Positions 46,581 through 56,331 of a stretch of DNA of 64,000 nucleotides are shown here, piece by piece. Each line of letters opens with the position of its first letter. Positions within the stretch are counted from its first letter, which is position 1. Made by a program: the position numbers and the translations under genes. The notes beneath the pieces are model-generated. The model was not told the origin of the DNA, made no database searches, and worked only from the letters and a program-made list of their open reading frames with translations. Origin of the DNA: Phenylobacterium sp. (GTDB taxonomy: Bacteria; Pseudomonadota; Alphaproteobacteria; Caulobacterales; Caulobacteraceae); contig NZ_JBBKVV010000104.1 of NCBI RefSeq assembly GCF_037968635.1, positions 86 through 64,085 on the forward strand, given 5' to 3'.

Positions 46581-47522
46581 CTACGCGATCTCGAAGGTGA
46601 CGGTGGAGCGCCCAAAGTCCAGAGCCACCGAGGTGAACTCCGCCATCAGATCCATTCCCAGCACCAGGGCGGGCTTCGTCCCAAGGCCCCACAGGCCGAA
46701 GACCGACAGGTCGGCGAACACCACCGGCACATTGCCCAACTGCAAGCCGCCGACCCGTAGGAACGGCAGATAGAGCAAGTCCCCCACGAAGGTCTCACCG
46801 GTCACCGAGACCATGGTCACCTTCTCCAGCTTCCGCTCGATCCTCGGGTCGAGCATCCTGCGCAAGGTCGGATTGCCGATGGAGAGCTGGGCCCCGGAGT
46901 CGATCATGCAGCTGATCGGCCTGGCGCCCATGTCGGCGTCGACGATGGTCAGTTGCCCCGCATGCCGCCGCGCCGGCACCACCACGCTCTTCACCGTGCT
47001 CACATCACGCCGTGAGCTGGTGATGGCGACATGCTTCTGCGCCATGTTCAGCACCAGCCGCTGGCCGCGCAGCCAGTCCACCGCCAGCAGGCCCTCGATA
47101 TCGGTGCCCACGAAGGGCAGGACGGGGACCTTCACGCGACGCTGGGCGCGGCTGCCAACCTGCAGACGGTCAACCAGCACGCTCTGACGGGTGCGCCGGC
47201 CGATGATTGTGTTCACCACCACCTTGCCTGCGGACGGCAGGGCGAGCCTTGCAGCCAGGGTCGTGGAGATACACGAGCGATTGGCCCCGGTATCCACCAT
47301 GAAGTCGAAGGGACCCTGGCCGTCGATCGTCACCGGCACGGTGATGCGGGAGAAGGCGTCTTTGCCGCTGTCGACCTGGGTGGGCTCGAGCGTCGCCTCA
47401 TCGTCCGGCGTTATCTGCGGGGCCATGGCGGGCGGGGTCTGGGCATAACCCAGCCCGCCGCCCAGCAGCATCGTGCCGCCGATCGCGCCCGCAGCGGCGC
47501 GCCGGGTCAGCCCGCCGCTCAC
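46581..47522 (-). CDS. Double-domain retropepsin-like aspartyl protease with Tat-like leader
   Basis: 'FMVDTGAN' and 'CMIDSGAQ' motifs, 'GLLAVD', 'VLGMD'; 'LTRRAAAG' leader. Confidence 0.9.
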   Translation of the reverse strand: MSGGLTRRAAAGAIGGTMLLGGGLGYAQTPPAMAPQITPDDEATLEPTQVDSGKDAFSRITVPVTIDGQGPFDFMVDTGANRSCISTTLAARLALPSAGKVVVNTIIGRRTRQSVLVDRLQVGSRAQRRVKVPVLPFVGTDIEGLLAVDWLRGQRLVLNMAQKHVAITSSRRDVSTVKSVVVPARRHAGQLTIVDADMGARPISCMIDSGAQLSIGNPTLRRMLDPRIERKLEKVTMVSVTGETFVGDLLYLPFLRVGGLQLGNVPVVFADLSVFGLWGLGTKPALVLGMDLMAEFTSVALDFGRSTVTFEIA

Positions 47523-47524
47523 AG

Positions 47525-48661
47525 CTAGGTGAGGCCTTTGCTCGGGTTGATCAGGTACTTCTCGCCCGTGGCGCGGCGGTTGTACCCGGCCATGATCTCG
47601 GGGTTCAGGGTCTCGGCCAGCGAGATCTCGTGCGAATAGTGGCTGGCGAAGGTGGTCTTCAGCTCGTCCAGCACCCGCTGGCGCAGCTTGCCGCCGGCCT
47701 CGGCGCCGATCTTCATCAGGAATGGCGTCAGGAGCCAGCCTCCCAGGCCCCAGGACATGCCAAAGGCGCGGTTCAGTTCGGTGGGACCCGTGTTCAGGCC
47801 GCCATAGATGTAGACCTGCTTGTAGGTGGTGGAGCCGTAGCGGCTGTAGGTCTTGGCCGTCATGTTGGCGGCGACCTCCATCCCGCTGAGGATCTGGCCG
47901 GCCAGCTTGCCGCCGCCGATGGCGTCGAAGGCGAGCGTCGCGCCGGTGGCGACCAGCGCCTTGATCAGCTCTTCCATGAAGTCAGGCGCGGTGGAGTCCA
48001 CCACATGCTTGGCGCCGATGTCCTTGAGGATCTTGGCCTGCTCGGCGCTGCGGACGATGTTCACCAGGTCGACGCCGTCCTTGAGGCAGACCTTGTTCAG
48101 CATCTGGCCGAGGTTGGAGGCTGCGGCGGTGTGAACCAACGCCTTGTGGCCCTCCATCCGCATCGTCTCCACCATGCCCAGAGCGGTCAGCGGATTGACG
48201 AAGCACGAGGCGCCATCGGCGGCGGTGGCGCCGGCCGGCAACGCCAGGACGTCGGCGGCCTTCAGCAGGCGGTACTGGGCGTACATCGCGCCCCCCAGCA
48301 TGGCGACGGTCTTGCCCAGCAGGGCCTGGACGTTGGCGCCGGCCTTGATGACCTCGCCGGCGCCCTCATTGCCGACGGGCATGGATTCATCGGCCCGGGC
48401 GGCCATGGCGCGCATGAAGTTGGGCTGAATGGGGGCGGTCGTCACCGGGCGATCAGCCGTCCCCGAGGTCTTGGCCTGGGCCACGTCGATGGGGCCCAGC
48501 AGCAGCCCGAGGTCAGACGGGTTGATCGGCGAGGCCTGGACGCGGACCAGGATTTCGTCGGGACCGGGCTCAGGGTGCGAAACAGTGGCCAGGGACAATT
48601 CCAGCTCGCCGCTCGACTTCACCAGGGAGCGCAGCTCCAGCCCTTGAGTTTCGTTGCTCAT
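47525..48661 (-). CDS. MDR-superfamily (zinc-binding dehydrogenase-like) oxidoreductase
   Basis: 'ASPINPSD', 'GNEGAG', 'FVNPLTALGM', 'HTAAASNLG', 'FDAIGGG'. Confidence 0.9.
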   Translation of the reverse strand: MSNETQGLELRSLVKSSGELELSLATVSHPEPGPDEILVRVQASPINPSDLGLLLGPIDVAQAKTSGTADRPVTTAPIQPNFMRAMAARADESMPVGNEGAGEVIKAGANVQALLGKTVAMLGGAMYAQYRLLKAADVLALPAGATAADGASCFVNPLTALGMVETMRMEGHKALVHTAAASNLGQMLNKVCLKDGVDLVNIVRSAEQAKILKDIGAKHVVDSTAPDFMEELIKALVATGATLAFDAIGGGKLAGQILSGMEVAANMTAKTYSRYGSTTYKQVYIYGGLNTGPTELNRAFGMSWGLGGWLLTPFLMKIGAEAGGKLRQRVLDELKTTFASHYSHEISLAETLNPEIMAGYNRRATGEKYLINPSKGLT

Positions 48662-48763
48662 CTGCGTTTCCAATCCCGTGTTGTGGTCTTATCCGCGCCC
48701 GAGGCGCGTCTCGTCTTCACTTAGGGGGCGCGGGGCGCGGTTGCGAGCCCGACCTGAAAATTC

Positions 48764-50377
48764 TCAGGCTTGACGCCGGGCGTCCTCGACCATCATCCGC
48801 GCGGCCTTCTCGGCGATCATCATGGTGGGGGAGTTGGTGTTGCCCGAGGTGATGGTGGGCATCACCGAAGCGTCGGCGACCCGCAAGGCGCCGACGCCAT
48901 GCACCCGCAGCCGCGCATCCACCACCGCGCCGAGGTCGCTCTCCAGGCCCATCCTGGCGGTCCCAACCGGATGGAAGATCGTCGTGCCCAGGGTGCGGGC
49001 CGCAGCCAGCAACTCGTCGTCGCTCTGGGCCTGCGCGCCCGGTCGCTGCTCCACCGGCGCGAACTGCGCCAGGGGCGGTTGGGCGACGATGGCGCGAACC
49101 AGGCGCATGGCGTCCACCGCCACCCGCTCATCCTCGCGGGTCGAGAGGTAGTTGGGCTGGATCAGGGGAGCCTCGCGCGGATCAGCGCTGGCGGCATGGA
49201 TGGAGCCCCGGCTGGCGGGGCGCAGGTTGCAGACGCTGACCGTGATGGCCGGCGCCAGGTGCAGCGCCTCTCCGAACCTGTCGAGGGACAAGGGCTGGAC
49301 ATGGAACTGCAGGTTCGGCGTCGCCTGCTCGGGCGAAGACCTGGCGAAAGCCCCCAGCTGCGACGGCGCCATCGACATCGGCCCTCTGCGGAACAGGGCG
49401 TACTCCGCCGCCATCAGCGGCCGGCGCCACCAGGAGGCGTAGAGCTCGTTCATGGTCGGCACGCCGGTGACCCCGTAATAGGGCCGGATCTGCAGGTGGT
49501 CCTGCAGGTTCTCACCCACGCCGGGCAGATGTCGCACGGTCTCGACCCCCAGGGCCCGCAGCCGGCGGCCGTCGCCGATCCCCGACAATTCCAGGATCTG
49601 CGGCGTCCCCACCGCCCCGGCCGCCAGCACGACCTCGCCGTCGGCTCGGGCCTCGAAGGCCTCGCTCCCATGGGTCCAGGCCACCCCGATGGCGCGGCCC
49701 TCCTGGATCAACACCCGGCTCACCTGGGCGCCGGTCACAAGTTTCAGGTTCGGCCGGGTCAGCACCGGTTTGAGGAACCCCCGCGCCGCGCTCCAACGCC
49801 GCCCCGCCTTCTGGTTCACCTGGAAATAGCCGACGCCGGCATTGTCGCCGCCGTTGAAATCTCCAACCGCCGGGATGCCGGCCATCTCGGCGGCCTGCGC
49901 GAAGGAGTCCAGCACCTCCCAGCGCATGCGCGGATGTTCCACCCGCCATTCGCCGCCGCTGCGGTGATGGTCGCCCTCCGGCGCGATGTGGTCCTCCTGG
50001 GACAGGAACAGCGGCAGGACATCATCCCAGCCCCAGCCGGCCAGCCCCGTCTGCCGCCAGGCGTCATAGTCGGCGGCCTGGCCGCGCATATAGATCATGG
50101 CGTTGATGGCCGATGAGCCACCGATCACCTTGCCCCGCGGATAGGCGAGCTTGCGGTCCGCGAGCCCCGGGATGGCCTGAGTCTCGAACATCCAGTCGGC
50201 GCGGGGGTTGCCGATGGAGAAGAGATAGCCAACCGGGATGTGGAACCAGATCCAGTCGTCCTTGCCGCCCGCCTCCAGAACCAGCACGCGCTTGGCCGGG
50301 TCGGCCGACAGCCGGTTGGCCAGCACGCAGCCGGCCGAGCCGCCGCCGACGATGATGTAGTCGAAGTGTTCGGCCAT
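48764..50377 (-). CDS. GMC oxidoreductase (choline dehydrogenase-like)
   Basis: 'GGGSAG', 'RGKVIGGSSAINAM', 'GENLQDH', 'IFHPVGT', 'SGNTNSPT'. Confidence 0.95.
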   Translation of the reverse strand: MAEHFDYIIVGGGSAGCVLANRLSADPAKRVLVLEAGGKDDWIWFHIPVGYLFSIGNPRADWMFETQAIPGLADRKLAYPRGKVIGGSSAINAMIYMRGQAADYDAWRQTGLAGWGWDDVLPLFLSQEDHIAPEGDHHRSGGEWRVEHPRMRWEVLDSFAQAAEMAGIPAVGDFNGGDNAGVGYFQVNQKAGRRWSAARGFLKPVLTRPNLKLVTGAQVSRVLIQEGRAIGVAWTHGSEAFEARADGEVVLAAGAVGTPQILELSGIGDGRRLRALGVETVRHLPGVGENLQDHLQIRPYYGVTGVPTMNELYASWWRRPLMAAEYALFRRGPMSMAPSQLGAFARSSPEQATPNLQFHVQPLSLDRFGEALHLAPAITVSVCNLRPASRGSIHAASADPREAPLIQPNYLSTREDERVAVDAMRLVRAIVAQPPLAQFAPVEQRPGAQAQSDDELLAAARTLGTTIFHPVGTARMGLESDLGAVVDARLRVHGVGALRVADASVMPTITSGNTNSPTMMIAEKAARMMVEDARRQA

Positions 50378-50384
50378 GGCGGCC

Positions 50385-51104
50385 CTAGTCGTAATTCATG
50401 AAGGCGCGGGCCTGCCGGTCGGCGATCCGCGCGGCGCGGAAGGTCAGCTCCGGCAGGGTCGCCTGGATCAGCCGGAAGCAGGGCTCCACAGCGTGTTCTG
50501 TTGTGCAGACCAGCTTGGTGCCGCCGCCCATCAGCGGACCAGATCGGGGGATCACCGCCACCGGATAGAGGTTCGGCGCCTGCCTCAGGCTGTCGATAAT
50601 CCCCTCGGTCACGTCAGGGAACCAGTCATGCAGGTAGTCGTCGATCACCACGATCGCGCCCTCCACCAGGTAGCTGGCCGCCAACTGGATGTCGTTGAAC
50701 ACCGCCTCATAGGCATGGTCACCGTCGATGTGGACGAAGCGCGCCGGCGCCCCCAGAAGGTCGGCCCATCCCGCCGGATCGATGGTACGGGAATCGGCCT
50801 TGGCGAACCGTACATTGGCCACAGCCTCCGGGCTGACCACACGGGTCAGGTGCCCCACCAGCACCTCGGCGATGTCGCCCTCGAACACGTCGACACCCAG
50901 CAACCTGTCCTCACCGGCCGCAAGGGCCATGCCCACGAAGGTCTTGCCATGGTAGGTGCCGATCTCGGCCAGGGGCCCCCGCAAGCCGGCCTGGGTCTGC
51001 CAGGACAGCAGGGTCGAGAAGACGCGGGCCGATCGCGGCGAGATGAAACCCGCCACGCTCTCCATGCCGCCGCCGGCTGCGAACCACGCCTCGTGATCAG
51101 CCAT
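50385..51104 (-). CDS. Class I SAM-dependent methyltransferase (Methyltransf_24-like)
   Basis: 'AEIGTYHGKT', 'FVHIDGDHAYE', 'VVIDDY'. Confidence 0.85.
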   Translation of the reverse strand: MADHEAWFAAGGGMESVAGFISPRSARVFSTLLSWQTQAGLRGPLAEIGTYHGKTFVGMALAAGEDRLLGVDVFEGDIAEVLVGHLTRVVSPEAVANVRFAKADSRTIDPAGWADLLGAPARFVHIDGDHAYEAVFNDIQLAASYLVEGAIVVIDDYLHDWFPDVTEGIIDSLRQAPNLYPVAVIPRSGPLMGGGTKLVCTTEHAVEPCFRLIQATLPELTFRAARIADRQARAFMNYD

Positions 51105-51188
51105 GCCCAACTCCCCGAGTCGCCATGACCCGCGCCTTGAGCGATACGGTTTGGCGTCGGTGGTGACAATGCGCGACAGGGAGCGGCC

Positions 51189-52127
51189 ATGAGAGACACG
51201 AAATCCGACCCCGCCATCGCGCCGGGCGCGCGACGTCCCGGCATGTCATGGATTCCCGGCGGGGCGTTCCGCATGGGATCCGAGCGTCACTATCCCGAGG
51301 AGGCCCCGGCCCGCGACGCATGGGTGGACGGGTTCTGGATCGACACCGCACCCGTCACCAACCGCCAGTTCGCCCGTTTCGTGCGGGAGACCGGCTGGAT
51401 CACCTTCGCCGAAATCCCGCCCGATCCCGCCGATTATCCCGGCGCGACGCCGGAAACCCTGGTGGCCGGCTCCCTGGTCTTCACCCCGCCCGCGGGCCCC
51501 GTCGCCTTGGACAATCCTGGGGCTTGGTGGCGCTATGAGCCCGGCGCCGTCTGGCGTCATCCGCTTGGCCCCAACAGCGGCTTGGCGGGCCTCTGGGAAC
51601 ATCCTGTCGTCCATGTCGCCTGGATCGACGCCGAGGCCTACGCCGCCTGGGCCGGCGCCGATCTGCCCACCGAGGCGGAATGGGAGTTCGCCGCCCGCGG
51701 CGGTCTCGCCGACACGGAATTCGCGTGGGGCGACGAACTGTCGCCGAAGGGCAAGCCGATGGCCAATACCTGGCAAGGGCAATTTCCGCACCAGAGCCTC
51801 AAGCCGAACGGCCGCTTCCGCACCTCAAAGGTCGGCAGCTTCCCAGCCAACGGCTACGGACTTTCCGACATGATCGGCAATGTCTGGGAATGGACCGCGG
51901 ACAGCTGGTCCACCGCGGACACGCGTCGGACGGTATCGGCCTGCTGCGCCGCGCCGGCGGAGACCTTCGATCCCGACGCCCCCACCATCGCCCGCAAGGT
52001 CCTGAAGGGCGGTTCGCACCTCTGCGCGCCCTCCTACTGCCGCCGCTATCGGCCGGCCGCGCGCCATGCGCAGAGCCTCGACAGTTCCACCTCCCACGTC
52101 GGCTTCCGCTGCGTGGTTCGCCCCTGA
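51189..52127 (+). CDS. Formylglycine-generating enzyme (SUMF1) family protein
   Basis: 'PVTNRQF', 'HPVVHVAW', 'LPTEAEWEFAARGG', 'DMIGNVWEW', 'CAPSYCRRYRPAAR'. Confidence 0.93.
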   Translation: MRDTKSDPAIAPGARRPGMSWIPGGAFRMGSERHYPEEAPARDAWVDGFWIDTAPVTNRQFARFVRETGWITFAEIPPDPADYPGATPETLVAGSLVFTPPAGPVALDNPGAWWRYEPGAVWRHPLGPNSGLAGLWEHPVVHVAWIDAEAYAAWAGADLPTEAEWEFAARGGLADTEFAWGDELSPKGKPMANTWQGQFPHQSLKPNGRFRTSKVGSFPANGYGLSDMIGNVWEWTADSWSTADTRRTVSACCAAPAETFDPDAPTIARKVLKGGSHLCAPSYCRRYRPAARHAQSLDSSTSHVGFRCVVRP

Positions 52128-52144
52128 TCACGTCTCGCCGAGCC

Positions 52145-52309
52145 GGCTGCCCCGTAGTCGCTCAGGGTCTTGGCGCCGTTCCGGCTGAGCACCTCCGCCA
52201 CATGAGGGGCGAACCAGATGGAGGCGACGCCGTAGTTGGGGTTCTGGTGCAGCACCTGCTGCTGCCTGCGGTATTCTTCCGAAATCACGGGGGCGAGCGT
52301 GTCGGTCAT
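52145..52309 (-). pseudogene. Truncated class I SAM methyltransferase (N-terminal ~55 aa only)
   Basis: 'ISEEYRRQQQVLHQNPNYGVAS...KTLSDYGA' stops resembling the family at SAM motif I and then runs antisense into the FGE gene. Confidence 0.65.
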
Positions 52310-52347
52310 GCCGGCAGTATTTCACAGCCGGCGTTGGCTCGCCAGTT

Positions 52348-53274
52348 TCACGGCCGCCGAAGTTCGGCCGGCGAGCGCCGCGCCTCCCGCCGGATCAACC
52401 GCCGCAGGGTGGAAGGCTCGGCATAGCCGACCCGACGCGCGACCTCGTCCACCGACAGGCGCGTGGTCTCCAGCAGGCGTTCGGCAGCTTCCATGCGGAT
52501 CCGCTGGGCGAACTTCACCGGCGACAGGCCGCAGACAGAGGCGAGCCGCCGCGCGAAGGTGCGGGGCGACAGGCCGGCCGCGGCCGCCAGCTCGTCCATG
52601 CTGAAGTCGCGAGCGATGTGTTCCCGCGCCCAGGCCTCCGCCCGGGAGATCTGGGCGTCCTGTCCCGCCAGGAAGGTCACCGCCATATAGGGCGCCTGCG
52701 AGCGGCGCTGGTCCAGCAACAGGTAGCGGGCGCAGGCCTCGGAAAGGCCCGGGCTGGCGAACTTGGCGACCACCGCCAGCATCAGATCCATCTGCGCCAT
52801 GGCCGCGCCGGCGGTGGCGATCGGCCAGTCGGCCACGACGATCTGCTCGGTGACGAGCGCCACCTCGGGGTGCAGACGCCGAAATACCGGCGCCAACCAC
52901 CAGGTTGTGGTCGCCCGCCGGCCCGACAGCAGGCCGGCCTGGGCCAGGATGAAGGTGCTGGCGCAGGAGGCCGCAACGCAGGCGCCCGCCATATGGGCCT
53001 GCGCCGCGAAACGGGCGGCGCGGCGCACCGCCGGGGTAGCCAGTCCCTCAATCAGCTCCGCCTCCGAACGGACCCCCAGGCCCGGCATGATGAGCAGGTC
53101 CCCGCGCCCCAGCTCCGGCATGCCCCCCCGCTCGGCCCGGACAGCGATGACCTCGAACGGGGCCTTTCGCCCACCGCGCAGACTAACGTCGTTGGCCGTC
53201 TCCAGAGCGTCCAGGGTGATGGCGAGGCTGGAGGCCAGCCCGCCGGGCAGGGCAAGAACCGCGACCCGTGTCAT
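52348..53274 (-). CDS. GlxA-type AraC family regulator (DJ-1/PfpI + AraC HTH)
   Basis: 'ASCASTFILAQAGLL..RRATTTWW', 'LSPRTFARR', 'VGYAEPSTLRRL'. Confidence 0.93.
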   Translation of the reverse strand: MTRVAVLALPGGLASSLAITLDALETANDVSLRGGRKAPFEVIAVRAERGGMPELGRGDLLIMPGLGVRSEAELIEGLATPAVRRAARFAAQAHMAGACVAASCASTFILAQAGLLSGRRATTTWWLAPVFRRLHPEVALVTEQIVVADWPIATAGAAMAQMDLMLAVVAKFASPGLSEACARYLLLDQRRSQAPYMAVTFLAGQDAQISRAEAWAREHIARDFSMDELAAAAGLSPRTFARRLASVCGLSPVKFAQRIRMEAAERLLETTRLSVDEVARRVGYAEPSTLRRLIRREARRSPAELRRP

Positions 53275-53474
53275 TGGCAAGTTATCCCCGAAAGGTGTCG
53301 ATTTCGACCCTATCAACAGCGGCCGCCTATCGCAAACATGGGTGGAACGTCGCCCTCCGGAAGTCGCCATGCCAACCCTCATCGCCAAGGTCCGTCTGGG
53401 TGCGTTCGACTTGGCCAAGGCCGGCGGCCTCAAGCCTCCGCCGCACCTTCCCCCCGCCCGATCGGAGCCCATCC

Positions 53475-54293
53475 ATGCGCCAACAGACCCTGACCCAGGA
53501 CGACGCCCTGGACGACTTCAAGGCCCGAGAATTCACCCTTGAAGGCGCCACCAAGCGAGTCCATCTCGCCGGGACCGGTCCGGCGGTGATCGTCATGACC
53601 GAGATGCCCGGGATCAGCCCCCATGTGGCCCGCTTCGCCCGCTGGGTCCGTGACGCGGGCTTCACCGTCTACATGCCCTCGCTGTTTGGCCGGGATGGGG
53701 CGATCCCGGATGCCGACGAGGGGGCGGCGGTCTTCCGGCGCGCCTGCGTCAGCGCGGAGTTCCGGGCCTTCGGCGCGGGCGCCTCGGCGCCTGTGACCGT
53801 CTGGCTCAGGGCCCTGGCGCGCCAGGCGCACGCCGATTGCGGCGGTCCTGGCGTCGGCGCCATCGGCATGTGCTTCACCGGAAACTTCGCCCTGTCCCTG
53901 ATGCTGGAGAGCGCCGTGCTGGCCCCCGTACTCTCCCAGCCATCCCTGCCCCTCGACGATCCCGGCGGCCTGGACATCGCACCGGAGGACCTCGCCGCCG
54001 TCCGCGACCGCCTGGACCGGGAGGACCTCACCGTGCTGGGCTACCGCTTCGAGGGCGACCAGGTCTGCCGCGCCGAGCGGTTCGTGGCCCTCGCCCAGGC
54101 GCTGGGCGACCGGTTCGTCAGCAGAACCTTGCCCGACAGCGCCGCTCATGACGCGCCGCCGCCCTTCTTCCAGCGCCATGTCGCCTTCCCCCACAGCGTC
54201 GTGACCGCCCACCTGATCGACGAGGCTGGTCAGCCGACCCTGGCCGCGCGCGACGAGATTCTCGCCTTCTTCCGCCGGAGACTGCATGCCTGA
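53475..54293 (+). CDS. Dienelactone hydrolase family protein
   Basis: 'VMTEMPG', 'GAIGMCFTG', 'HSVVT'. Confidence 0.9.
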   Translation: MRQQTLTQDDALDDFKAREFTLEGATKRVHLAGTGPAVIVMTEMPGISPHVARFARWVRDAGFTVYMPSLFGRDGAIPDADEGAAVFRRACVSAEFRAFGAGASAPVTVWLRALARQAHADCGGPGVGAIGMCFTGNFALSLMLESAVLAPVLSQPSLPLDDPGGLDIAPEDLAAVRDRLDREDLTVLGYRFEGDQVCRAERFVALAQALGDRFVSRTLPDSAAHDAPPPFFQRHVAFPHSVVTAHLIDEAGQPTLAARDEILAFFRRRLHA

Positions 54294-54579
54294 CGCTGGC
54301 CCCTACGTCCTGATCCTGCACGAGGTCGAGGACTATGCCGCCTGGAAGGTCGTGTTCGACGACGCGGCGGCCATCCGCAAGGCGGCCGGCGAGTTGAGCT
54401 TCCAGGTCCTTCGCCACGACGATGACGCCAACCGCATCGTCCACTTCTCACGCTGGGCCAGCCTGGAAGGCGCCCGAACCTTCTTCGAGTCCCCGGCCCT
54501 GGTGGAGATCCGCCGGCGGGCCGGTGTCCGCGCGCCGCAGTTCCTCTACCTCAGCCAGCTCGAACAGGGCGATCTCTAG
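54286..54579 (+). CDS. Small dimeric alpha/beta-barrel (ABM-like) protein
   Basis: 'HEVEDYAAWKVVFD...WASLEGARTFFESP'. Confidence 0.8.
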   Translation: MPDAGPYVLILHEVEDYAAWKVVFDDAAAIRKAAGELSFQVLRHDDDANRIVHFSRWASLEGARTFFESPALVEIRRRAGVRAPQFLYLSQLEQGDL

Positions 54580-54672
54580 GCGCAGGCCCCCTTGATGGGG
54601 CTGCGGGCGACCACTGGCGGAGGCGGCGAGCTGCTGTGCTAAGGGTGGCCCGCCCTGCTCACGGAGACCGCC

Positions 54673-55539
54673 ATGGAAGGCCCGACATCCCACTTCTACT
54701 TCTCGCAGCGGCTGCGCCTGCACTATGTCGACTGGGGCAACGAAGGGGCGCCGCCCCTGGTCCTGGTCCATGGCGGCCGCGACCATTGCCGCAACTGGGA
54801 CTGGGTCGCCGAACGGCTCCGTGACCGCTACCACGTGATCGCGCCGGATCTTCGCGGACATGGCGACAGCGCCTGGGCGGTGGGCGGCGGCTACGACAAC
54901 GCCGCCTACCTCTACGACCTCGCCCAGATCATCCATCAGAAGGACATGGCGCCGGTCACCATCATCTCCCATTCCCTGGGCGCGGGGATCGCGCTGAACT
55001 ACTGCGGCGCCTTCCCCGACAGCGTGAAGAAGATCGTCGCCATCGAGGGCCTCGGCCCCTCCCCCGCCGTGATGGCCGAGCAAGCCAAGCGCACGGTGGA
55101 GGAACGGCTGCGCGGTTGGGTCGCCGACCGCCGCAAGAACTCCGGCCGCACCCCGCGCCGCTACGCCAGCATCGACGAGGCCGTCGCCCGCATGGCGCAG
55201 CAGAACCCCCACCTTTCCGCCGAACAGGCGCGACACCTGACCATCTACGGGGTCAATCAGAACGAGGACGGGACCTATTCCTGGAAGTTCGACAACCACA
55301 CCGGCGGCGGGGTCGGCGGCCTCAGCCATGCCGACCAGCACCGACTGTGGGGCCAGATCACTGCACCGGTCCTACTGGTGCGCGGCGCGGAGTCCTGGGC
55401 CTCCGATCCGGTCATCGACGGCCGAATCCAGCACTTCAGAAACGCCCGGCTGGTGAACTTCGAGGGCGCCGGGCACTGGGTCCACCATGACCGGCTCGAC
55501 GGCTTCATGGCCGAGGTGGAGACCTTCCTCGCCGAATAG
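54673..55539 (+). CDS. Alpha/beta hydrolase
   Basis: 'LVHGG', 'PDLRGHGDS', 'SHSLGA', 'GHWVHHD'. Confidence 0.93.
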   Translation: MEGPTSHFYFSQRLRLHYVDWGNEGAPPLVLVHGGRDHCRNWDWVAERLRDRYHVIAPDLRGHGDSAWAVGGGYDNAAYLYDLAQIIHQKDMAPVTIISHSLGAGIALNYCGAFPDSVKKIVAIEGLGPSPAVMAEQAKRTVEERLRGWVADRRKNSGRTPRRYASIDEAVARMAQQNPHLSAEQARHLTIYGVNQNEDGTYSWKFDNHTGGGVGGLSHADQHRLWGQITAPVLLVRGAESWASDPVIDGRIQHFRNARLVNFEGAGHWVHHDRLDGFMAEVETFLAE

Positions 55540-56331
55540 TCAGGCCTCCACGAAGGCCACGACCCGTGCGGGGGCCGCGCTGCATCCGGCCAGCCGCAGG
55601 GGGAAGAAGCCCACCTTGAAGCCGCTCGCCGGCAGACTCCTCAGGTTGTCCAACTGCTGGACGATGAAAACCTCCCGGTCGCGGCCGGCGAAGTGCCCGT
55701 CCCATATCTCCCCGGCGTTCCCGGTCGCCAGGAAGGCCTTGCGCATCACCGGGAACGGGCGATCCCAGCCCATGGCGTCGGTGCCCAGGATCTTCGCCCC
55801 CTGGTCGGCCAGGAACAGGGTCCCATCGCGGGTCATGCCCGGATAGGAGAACATCCCCTCGTCGGCGACCGTATAGGCTTCCTGCCCCGTGCGGATCATC
55901 AGCGCGCCGCCCTCCGGCGGCTTGGCGCCCGTCGCCGCGATCGCCGCCTTCAGGGCCTCGACCGTGATTCCCTCGCCCTGGGTGGAACCCCTCAGGTCCA
56001 GGACCATGCCGTCGACATAGAGTTCCTCCAGGGCGATGTCGGATATGGTCCGCGCGGGTTTGCCCTCGCAGGTCGAACCATAGTGCAGCGGCGCATCGAC
56101 ATGGGTGCCCAGGTGGGTGGTGATGCGCAGCCGTTCGTCGCCCCAGCCCTCGCCCCCGGGCAGGTCGTGCTTCTGACAGCCGAACAGCGAACACATGACG
56201 GTCGCGCCCTCGCCCCAGGGGGTGATCGGTTCGATATTCGGGACCAGGTTGTTCCCCCAGCCCTTGTATCTCTCGGGCAGCCGATCGCGGTCGGCGGCGT
56301 CCAGCAGCCGGGTCAGGTCGATAAGCTTCAT
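55540..56331 (-). CDS. Cyclase family (kynurenine formamidase-like) metal-dependent hydrolase
   Basis: 'HLGTHVDAPLHY', 'ILGTD', 'APARVVA'. Confidence 0.9.
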   Translation of the reverse strand: MKLIDLTRLLDAADRDRLPERYKGWGNNLVPNIEPITPWGEGATVMCSLFGCQKHDLPGGEGWGDERLRITTHLGTHVDAPLHYGSTCEGKPARTISDIALEELYVDGMVLDLRGSTQGEGITVEALKAAIAATGAKPPEGGALMIRTGQEAYTVADEGMFSYPGMTRDGTLFLADQGAKILGTDAMGWDRPFPVMRKAFLATGNAGEIWDGHFAGRDREVFIVQQLDNLRSLPASGFKVGFFPLRLAGCSAAPARVVAFVEA

